A stretch of DNA of 53,113 nt from a virus (taxonomy: Duplodnaviria > Caudoviricetes). Below are positions 52,883-53,113 of this stretch, in pieces. The DNA lies in the IMG/VR virus record IMGVR_UViG_3300045283_000190, positions 1-53,113 of that record; one strand, written 5' to 3'. The position numbers and the translations under genes are program-made. Under the pieces are notes generated by a model. It searched no databases and was not told the origin of the DNA. It saw only the letters and a program-made list of their open reading frames with translations. Each line of letters begins with the position of its first letter. Within the stretch, counting starts at the first letter, position 1.

Positions 52883-53113
52883 ATGATCTACGTGCTGGGG
52901 GGCGAGAAGGGCGGGACGGGAAAGACGGCGCTCGCGATCAATCTGAGCGTGTGCCTGGCGATCCGCGGTCGTGACGTGCTGCTGGTCGACGCAGACCCGC
53001 AGCGCTCGGCGGCGAAGTGGGCAGCCAAGCGCGCGGCTGCGAACGCGGACGCGGCGGTGAAGCTGCCACGCGTGAACTGGGCCGAGCTGACGGGGGAGAT
53101 TTTCGAGGCGCTG
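52883..53113 (+). CDS. parA: ParA N-terminal part (continues across the junction)
   Basis: [15 protein letters not shown] (deviant Walker A)...VLLVDADPQ. Confidence 0.93.
   Translation, partial: MIYVLGGEKGGTGKTALAINLSVCLAIRGRDVLLVDADPQRSAAKWAAKRAAANADAAVKLPRVNWAELTGEIFEAL
52987..53113. repeat. Terminal direct repeat, right copy
   Basis: Identical to 1-127. Confidence 0.97.

Overview
The window is one complete circular element of 52,986 bp. Bases 1-127 are repeated exactly at 52987-53113, and a ParA gene reads through that junction. It is very GC-rich and best read as a temperate phage-plasmid. The virion arm (about 19.9-49 kb) is podovirus-like: TerS, portal, scaffold, capsid, adaptor, nozzle, large ejection proteins, a displaced TerL and two paralogous tail fibres. 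A lambdoid switch of divergent XRE repressor and Cro drives a leftward arm (Gp157, ERF, SSB, HNH, HAD phosphatase, small modular ORFs) and a rightward arm (primase-helicase, iterated palindromic origin, RuvC-like, AlpA-like, Acb2/Tad1-like, RyR-domain). I found no integrase. Instead there is a plasmid module with an HTH replication initiator, ParA, a ribbon-helix-helix (RHH) adaptor and 9-bp centromere-like arrays. The most unusual features are: (1) a par operon containing an HNH-RHH fusion and a second repeat array written inside the adaptor's coding sequence; (2) a stand-alone DpdA/TGT-like gene without deazaguanine biosynthesis genes; (3) an ejection protein with about 23 DAG motifs, which hints at a Myxococcota host; (4) several recurring cis-motifs. 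All family calls come from motif recognition by eye; no database searches were run.
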